Below are positions 56,090 to 64,000 of a stretch of 64,000 bases of DNA, in pieces. How positions within the stretch are numbered: position 1 is the first letter of the stretch; each line of letters opens with the position of its first letter. The position numbers and the translations under genes are program-made. The notes beneath the pieces were generated by a model. It was given only the letters and a program-made list of their open reading frames with translations, was not told the origin of the DNA and did not search any database. Source of the stretch: Eledone cirrhosa (lineage: Eukaryota); the NCBI GenBank assembly GCA_964016885.1, contig OZ024741.1, forward strand, positions 187,116,001 to 187,180,000. The letters are read 5' to 3'.

Positions 56090-56512
56090 ATTTTTTTCAA
56101 AATGATGTCTCAGTCATTGACGTTATTCAAATGGAATAATTACCCTAATAAATATCAAGCAGCCTCAGATATTCAGAACGTTTCGGAGGGTCCTTGCCAT
56201 TCCAAGTAGGCACGCTTTTGAAGTGTTCCAAAACAGGTGGGGTGGGCTAATGTTCTTTAGTCAGCCTTGGAAACTCTTCGAGATAGTCCCCAATGCTCCC
56301 ATGATGATGAGGATGACGTTGATCTCATGACGGTTCCAAATCCTTTTCAGTTCCCAATTCAGATCGCAGTACCAGTTAATATTTTCCATCTCCTTTTCTT
56401 GTACTTTTGTGTCGAAGGGGAAAGCTACATCTCTAATCAAGCACGATCTTTTTTTATGTCGAAAACCACCAAGTCAGGCCTATTGTGTTCTAATTCTTTA
56501 TCAGTTTGTATT
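56090..56512 (-). mobile_element. Older 3' fragment of R4/Dong family B
   Basis: gtctcagtcattga 3' UTR, TLQKRA.LG, RPDLVVFD; TTA repeats at both ends. Confidence 0.75.
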
Positions 56513-56523
56513 CTTATTATTAT

Positions 56524-56556
<33 letters not shown>

Positions 56557-56564
56557 CAGGGCCG

Positions 56565-56712
56565 TGGGTTGGCAGTATCGGTAGAGGGTTGGGTGCCATG
56601 CCTTGCCTTTCATCCTTACGGGGTCGATAAAATAAAATACCAGTCACACACTGGAGTCGATTTGATCGACTTTCCCCCAAAATTGCTGGCCTTGTGGCTA
56701 TATAAGTAACCA
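56565..56712 (+). mobile_element. SINE family S, internally deleted, in (TAC)n/(ATT)n
   Basis: ttggcagtatcggtagagg...gcctttcatccttacggggtcgataaaa...ggccttgtggctatataagtaacc. Confidence 0.85.
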
Positions 56713-56713
56713 T

Positions 56714-56759
<46 letters not shown>

Positions 56760-56784
56760 GCTGCTCCTGCTGCTGCTGCTGCTG

Positions 56785-56835
<51 letters not shown>

Positions 56836-56843
56836 TTATTATA

Positions 56844-57912
56844 TTTCTTTGAGTCTCAGTCATTGATGTTATTTAACTGGAAAGTTTGTTGAAATGAATA
56901 TCAAGCCGCTACCTGCAGCCTCAGATGTTCAGGACGTATCGGAGGGTTCTTACTGTTCCCAGCAAGCATGCCTTTTGAAGTGTTCCAAAAAGCGGGACTG
57001 GACTAATATTCTTTAACCATCCTTGGAAACTCTTTGAGATAGTACCTAGTGCGCCTATGACAATCGGGACGACCTTGATTTCATGGCAGTTCCAAATCCT
57101 TTTTACCTCCCACTTTAAATCCTGGTATCGGCTAATTTTCCCCCTCCCCTTCTCTTGCACTCTCGTGTCAAATGGGCAGGCTACATCTACAATCAGGCAC
57201 GATCTTTTTTCCTTGTCCAAAACCACCATGTCAGGTCTATTGTGTTCCAGTTTCTTGTCCGTCTGTATCCTAAAATCCCATAGCTACCTCACTTGATCGT
57301 TTTCCATCACCGACTCTGGCTTATGCTCATACCACTTCTCAGAATGTGGTAAATTGTTTACTTTGCATAGGTGCCAGTGGATCACCCTGCCTATCACATC
57401 ATGTCTCCAGCCTTTATAGTGAGTCTGGGCTAGGTGTTTACACTCGGATACAATGTGAGCCATAGTCTCCTCTCTCTCTCCACAGATCCTATACAGTGGG
57501 CTAGCGTCCTCCTTGTAAATATGGTGTTTCACTCACTTCGTTCTGAGGGCCTGTTCTTGCGCAGCCATTAGCATTCCTTCTGTAGCGTTTTTAGGTCTCC
57601 CCTGTTTAAACAGTTCCATGTCTGTGGATCTCTAAATTCAGTTTTCTCAAAGAAGGTACTATGAAGGGATTTTTCGTGAAGGTTGCTCTTCCTCCTTATT
57701 GTTATTTCCTCCTTGCACATCCCCTGGTCTCTTGTCCTCTCCTTCGATACAATTTTGAGCATTGGCTCCCTACTGTCAGTCACGTATTTGTGCAGGTTGT
57801 TTTTCTCCATCTGAACACAGTCCTCTATGCTGATAAGAGCTCTTCCGCCTTCAGATCTCTTTAAGTAGAGTCTATCGACATCACTCCTCTTGTGGAACAT
57901 ATTGTAGATAGT
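56844..57912 (-). mobile_element. 5'-truncated R4/Dong RLE LINE, family B, (AAT)n on both sides
   Basis: Closely matches 35605-36676 (IYNMFHKRSDVDRLY, ETMAHIVSEC, RHD, DVACPFD, VPIVIGALG, LQKACLLGT). Confidence 0.92.
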
Positions 57913-57917
57913 TATTA

Positions 57918-57971
<54 letters not shown>

Positions 57972-58861
57972 TCTTTTCTTGAATTTGAGAATGTAAGTCA
58001 ATACCGTGTGTAGAAGTAAAGTACATCAGAACGCAGTATTGGGTTTCTTAAATATTTAATGATCGCGCAACAATAATGACATGACGAACAACAACAATAA
58101 CAACAACAATAACAATAACAACAAAGATGATAATGGATATTTCCGCAGAAACAAAAATAATATCAGACATGAAAACCTTCACTCGGCCTGCAAGAAAAAA
58201 TCAACGAAATCTCCTTCAGGACAAAATCAACTACACCAGCAACTAGAACGACGATAATATACACACCAACAACAACAATAGCAAACACAACAACCAAAAT
58301 AGCGACCATATCAACGAGCACAATTATCGCGATTACAAGTACAATAATTACAAAAAGCAACCGCGATAAAATACACAACTATTGGGTCGTCAAGTATGAA
58401 ATTTGTAGACATTTGTAGAAAACAAAAACAAATTTCTATAAATTTCATTCTTGATGACCCAATATATTGACCAAGATAACACACACAATAACTACAAAAA
58501 CCACGATAACGAGAATAACAAATACGCCTCCATACATGATAACAAGCAGCAACTACAACTATAACAACCAAGATAACCAGTCCTGCCGTCCTCCAAAACT
58601 CGAACGGGAAGCACCACAAATAAATGTGCCTCAAAATGGGAAGAAATGAGGCAAAATGGGGAGATTTTACATAATTAAGGCTATACCCATTTTCACAAGA
58701 GAAGACATTTTTCACCCACCCCAAAAGTGGTTGGGAGATCTCCCCATCCGACGGGGAGAGTTGTGCCTCAAAACGGGGAGAAATGAGGCAAAATGGGGAG
58801 ATTTTACATAAGGAAGGCTATACCAATTTTCACAAGAGAAGACATCTCTCATTCACCCCAA

Positions 58862-59485
58862 ATATGAAAGAGTACTGGTGGAATGTTCCAGTAAAAACCC
58901 CAAATAAAATGCAGACCAGATATTATGATATGGGACAGGGAGAAGAAAACATGCACAGGAGTGGAAGTTAGTTGCCCAGCAGATGCCAATATAATATCAA
59001 AGATTAGCGAAAAGGAGAATATTTATGCAGAACTGATGAGAAATATGCAGATACTCCACCCTGATTACACCTTCAGATTTATGCCTGAAATTATTGGGGC
59101 TCTGGGATATGTTAGTAACTGCCTCAATACAAATCTTGAGAAAGTGGGCTTTACAGGAACACAAAGAACACGACTAGTTAGGAAATTACAAGTACAATCA
59201 GTACTTGGAACAATAAAAATATGTAAAACATACCAAATACTTTGTATCTAATAACTGCATATACACATGTACAGATACAAAGCATATACACATGCACACA
59301 TACAACTCAAAACATCCACATCCACACATACAATAACATCTATATCTACACATGCATGCAGACAAGCATACATATCTACCTAGTTGATGTTGTGTAAATT
59401 CCAATGAGAGAGTCTTGTGTCTATGTTAGAAACCGACTCTCTCTCTATTGGCAAAAGTTTGTGAAATTATAAAACCAGAAGAAAA
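58862..59485 (+). mobile_element. 5'-truncated R4/Dong RLE LINE, family C, (CATA)n-tailed
   Basis: KEYWWNVPVKT, RPDIMIWD, VEVSCPAD, IIGALGY, GTIKICKT; 3' UTR as at 43812-44046; followed by (CATA)n. Confidence 0.88.
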
Positions 59486-59777
59486 TACATACATACATAC
59501 GTACATACATACATACATACGTACGTACGTGGGACATACCCCAATTATCATAACGAGAACGACCAGCTATGCTTTCCAAGATTCACATTACAGAAGATAT
59601 TTGGAAATTTAATTAAATTAAATTATAGTGACATTGGAATAGCACATTTCTCATTATCCCTACCTCGCTACAAACATTGCTGAGGAACCTCGCAAATCCT
59701 CTCTAAGACAGTTGTGCTGACTAAACTAAGATTGTATTACTCTCAAAGCGATTTATAATTGTTTTCATTATTATTAT

Positions 59778-60115
59778 TAACGCGCCAGTCGGTCACGAAT
59801 GCCCATGGTTTTGCACCTAGAAAGTTTCCCTCCGAGGCACAAGCCTGGGCAAGGTTTGTTTTGGGGAAGACCAGTAGTCGCGCATGCATACCAATATCCC
59901 CTCTCCTCGCCACCTCTCTTGCCCAAGGGAAAGGCAATGACCGATACAGCTTGGCACTAGTGACGTCGCAACTCATTTCTACAGCTGAATGAACTGGATC
60001 AAAGTGAAATACAGTGTCTTGCTCAAGGAAACAACGTATCACTCGGTCCGAGAATCGAACTCACATCCTCTCAATTGCAAGCCCAATGTTCTAACCAGTA
60101 AGCCCTGCGCCTTCA
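59778..60115 (-). mobile_element. tRNA-derived CORE-type SINE
   Basis: Head ggcttactggttaga...gagttcgattctc (A and B boxes), followed by CORE-like tccttgagcaagacactgtatttcac..ccagttcattcagctgtagaaatgag. Confidence 0.8.
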
Positions 60116-60382
60116 AAGCGGTTTTACAGTACGCTTATTCATTATCACAAGTATTTCAGCCCTGCGTTTTCTCTAGATAGTGGTCGATGTATTGGTAGGT
60201 TTATCTGCCCTTTGGACAGCTTTTGTTTTGTCCCGCCAGATACCTGCCAATCCTCCTCATTAAACTATTATGTCACTAACAATCTGAACATTACTTATAC
60301 TGGTAATATATAAACCAGTGCAGTTACTTCATAACCGACATATACAGACAAATATATATATATATGTATGATTACATACATG

Positions 60383-60414
<32 letters not shown>

Positions 60415-60468
60415 CATACATACATACATACATACATACATACATACATACATACATACATACACACA

Positions 60469-60829
60469 TGCCAACTCGTTTTCGAGTACGGCCATTACTT
60501 TATATCCATGTAGGAGAACCCCTACCGATGCGCTGAACGAGTGTGACTTTTTAGTCCAGCCAGCGACTTAAAAACTCTGGTACAAACACTACACTTGTGA
60601 CAATTATTGACACATAGTGCTGGGCCCATGGTACCATCTGACGACAAGTGCAGAGAGATCTCCAGATATAAAGCAATGCCTGTGCCGTGAAGCTTTTATA
60701 GTGAGCAAAGGCACTGCACAAAGCCAGTCACACTCTCTTAACCAAGATGATATTTACCAAAAAGAAGAACAAGTCAACATCATTGGATACCATCAGCGTT
60801 GCAGGTGTTATATCAGAGTTTTCCTTCTC
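60469..60829 (-). mobile_element. Truncated copy of the bipartite RTE-derived element, in (CATA)n
   Basis: Near-identical to 49367-49727; a more degenerate relative follows at ~60905-61235. Confidence 0.85.
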
Positions 60830-61258
60830 TACATACATACATACATACATACATACATACATACATACATACATACATACATACATACATACATACATAC
60901 ATGCAAGATGACTGCAACTCGATTTCGAGTAATGCTATTGCCTGATACTTAAGCATGATCATCACACACACGATATTTTAGTCCTTCTGGGGACTTGCCT
61001 TTAGCCAAGAATATAATGCATCGCAAAAGATGTCGCATAGCAAGCGATGCCTGTGCTTGAAGCTTTTTTAAGTGAGGAAGGCTTTGAACTGAGCCAGTCC
61101 TACTCTCTGAACATGAATTTGCCCAAAAAGAAGAAATTGTCTACATCATTGAATGCAAATAAAGTCGTAGGTTTTATATCAGAGTGACCTTCTCCTAGAG
61201 AAATGTCTTAATGAAGACTAGGAGTCTCTCTCTCCACAAAAAGAAATCATATATATAT

Positions 61259-61793
61259 GATGGCTGCCTCCTCGTTATCGAGTATGACCATTGCACGATA
61301 TACCATTATTAATAATTATTAATTAATTCTATCGTGCAATGCCTGTGCGTTAAGATATTTTTTTAAGTGAGGAAAGACAGTGCCCTGAGCCAATCCCACT
61401 CTCTGAGCGACAGTAGCTATAACCCGAAAAGAACAAAAAATCAACATCATCGGTAACTACTGAGCCGCAGGTTTTATATCGGAGTTATCCCAGTTTCCTG
61501 AGTTGCCTTCTCCTAGAAGAATGCCCTGGCAAAGGATAGGAGTCCTTCACTCCCAGTGATTTAACCGCGCGGTACATGTGTATATACATATTTACACACT
61601 TTTGGATGGCAGCTGACTCTTATGAGTTCTTCCGCTCTTTGTCAGGTTTTGTTTTTTGTCCTGCAGGGTGTACAAAATGACCCTCCTCACCAAGTAAACT
61701 TGGTGGGGTTGCCGGTTTAGTCACCGACGACGCGACCATGAAACAAGTTGTACTGGGTTACATGTTACCAGTAGCACTCAAGAGTGACCCGAC
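61259..61793 (-). mobile_element. RTE-derived non-autonomous element (same two-module order as 49361-49966)
   Basis: 61600-61793 matches 49776-49966; 61259-61572 matches 44078-44118 plus 48056-48300. Confidence 0.75.
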
Positions 61794-62588
61794 ATACATA
61801 CATACATATATGCGAATAGAGTAAGTGTTGTGGTTTTTCCAATTAAAAGGACTTGTTTCTATTTCATATGCCGTCTCTTTCCACTTTGGATATAAATTTG
61901 TAAAATAAAACCAGAAGACTATATGTGTTCTTGCGCCTGACGGGAGAGGCTAGTTTTAGAACGGTTACGCTACTATACAGTGAGAACCTTAACTGGACCC
62001 TGAAACCTAAGGCTGCACAAATATGTTAAATGTATGAACATTAATATAAACTAAATAAGCTCTTTTGTACTGGATTGAGCATTTTTTCCTTTGCGTTTTA
62101 TCTACGGATATCCTACATATACATATGTAAATGAAGAAAAAATATGGGCGAATACAAGAAAATGAACGCCTACAGATTGTAATCCCATCTCCTCAGTCGA
62201 ACAGTAGAGATACGTTGTTTAGGTGCTTTAAGGTCGATACAACTGGCTCTAGTGTACAATGGCCAGTAACAAATGGGCAAAAGACAAAACGATAGTCTTA
62301 ACGATTATTTACAAATAATGCACAAAGCACACTAACAAATATACAGAAAGTAAACGAAAACAACAAAGCAAACAATATAGTACAATGAAGAAATATATTA
62401 GTTGAACGCTTTATACAGTAGGAAAACGCCTTTACGTTTCAGAGACTAATCCCTCATCAGATAGAGGGAGAAATAAAAGGTGAAATAGAGAGAGAAATTG
62501 ATAAGAAACGAAAAAATGTTTTGGGAGGAAAAAGTACAAGTGTATTTAGTCCGTTATTCTACACACACACACACACGCACACACACAT

Positions 62589-62663
<75 letters not shown>

Positions 62664-62989
62664 GGAAACAAGCTTAAATGTCAATTTGAAATAATAGTTA
62701 AAAACATTCTTCCCAAAGTGTCAAATATAACATCACCGGATATAGTGACAATATCTTTCATAGTGGGGCTCAGTTACATGCATGTCTTCCTGTTGCATTT
62801 TATATGTGTTTGTTAAGGGGAATCTCAGTGTATGTAAGTGTAATTGTGCCTGTCTCTCTGTCTGGCAGTGTATAGACATGTGTTTATTTGTATGGGTGAG
62901 TGTATTTATGTGTGTATTTATGTGTGTATTTATGTGTGTATTTATGTGGGTATTCATGTGCGTATGCATATCTGTGCTTGCACGTATAT

Positions 62990-64000
62990 GTGTGTGTAAT
63001 TGTGAGTGTATGTGTGTCTAATTGTGAGTGTATGCCTGTGCAATTGTGAGTATATGTGTGTGTGGAATTGTGAGTATATGTGTGTGTAATTGTGAGTATG
63101 TGTGTGTAATTGTGAGTGTATGTGTGTGTAATTGTGAGTATATGTGTGTGGATTGTGAGTATGTGTGTGTAATTGTGAGTGTATGTGTGTGTAATTGTGA
63201 GTGTGTGTGTAATTGTGAGTATATGTGTGTGTGGAATTGTGAGTGTGTGTGTAATTGTGAGTGTATGTGTGTGTAATTGTGAGTATATGTGTGTGTAATT
63301 GTGAGTGTATGTGTGTGTAATTGTGAGTGTGTGTGTAATTGTGAGTGTATGTGTGTGGAATTGTGAGTGTATGTGTGTGGAATTGTGAGTGTGTGTGTGT
63401 GTGTGTGTGTGTAATTTTGAGTGTATGTGTGTGAAATTGTGAGTGTATGTGTGTGGAATTGTGAGTGTATGTGTGTGTGGAATTGTGAGTGTGTGAGTGG
63501 ATTGTGAGTGTATGTGTGTGTAATTGTGGATGTGTGTGTGTGGAATTGTGAGTGTGTGTGTAATTGTGAGTCTGTGTGTGTAATTGTGAGTGTATGTGTG
63601 TGTAATTGTGAGTGTATGTGTGTGTAATTGTGAGTGTGTGTGTAATTGTGAGTATATGTGTGTGTGGAATTGTGAGTGTGTGTGTAATTGTGAGTGTATG
63701 TGTGTGTAATTGTGAGTATATGTGTGTGTAATTGTGAGTGTATGTGTGTGTAATTGTGAGTGTATGTGTGTGTAATTGTGAGTGTGTGTGTAATTGTGAG
63801 TGTATGTGTGTGGAATTGTGAGTGTATGTGTGTGGAATTGTGAGTGTGTGTGTGTGTGTGTGTGTGTGGAATTTTGAGTGTATGTGTGTGGAATTGTGAG
63901 TGTATGTGTGTGGAATTGTGAGTGTATGTGTGTGTGGAATTGTGAGTGTGTGAGTGGATTGTGAGTGTATGTGTGTGTAATTGTGGATGTGTGTGTGTGG
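62990..64000. repeat. Minisatellite, ~18-24-bp unit aattgtgagtgtatgtgtgtgt, with a 457-bp higher-order repeat
   Basis: Rare variants aattttga (63413, 63870) and aattgtgga (63522, 63979) both recur at +457. Confidence 0.92.

Noticed and set aside
58625-58860. ~95-bp direct duplication upstream of the Dong family C fragment, as possible LTRs
   Set aside because: Only ~40 bp apart, with no PBS/PPT or internal coding; a simple local duplication.
63225-63245. TGTGTGGAATTGTGAG, identical to the start of the lac operator region
   Set aside because: It is a unit of the local minisatellite; the CGGATAACAATT continuation is absent, so this is not vector contamination.

Overview
Repeat-dominated, AT-rich animal genomic DNA. 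The microsatellite load and SINE types suggest an octopus-like cephalopod; this is inference only. No intact multi-exon host gene is visible, only one plausible signal-peptide exon at 32556-32656. Nearly all long ORFs are broken retrotransposons: R4/Dong-type RLE LINEs (at least three families), two inverted full-length Tx1/L1-clade LINEs, a nearly intact RTE LINE with non-autonomous derivatives, a Penelope-like element (PLE) with inverted pseudo-LTRs, and CR1 and I-group fragments. An internally deleted mariner, a pogo/Tigger-like MITE and about a dozen tRNA-derived SINEs are also present. Three signals go beyond this inventory. (1) About 10 diverse minimal hammerhead-ribozyme motifs lie at 10.7-22 kb, many inside small inverted-repeat cassettes between (TA)n tracts, and include a U3-A8 core variant. 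(2) An apparent (ATT)n-targeting Tx1 LINE and a SINE share a similar 3' tail, and both full-length Tx1 copies sit directly behind a SINE. (3) Different retroelement families partition different microsatellite targets: CATA, AAT/ATT and TA. All structures were read by eye; no alignment or folding software was run, so identities and boundaries are approximate.
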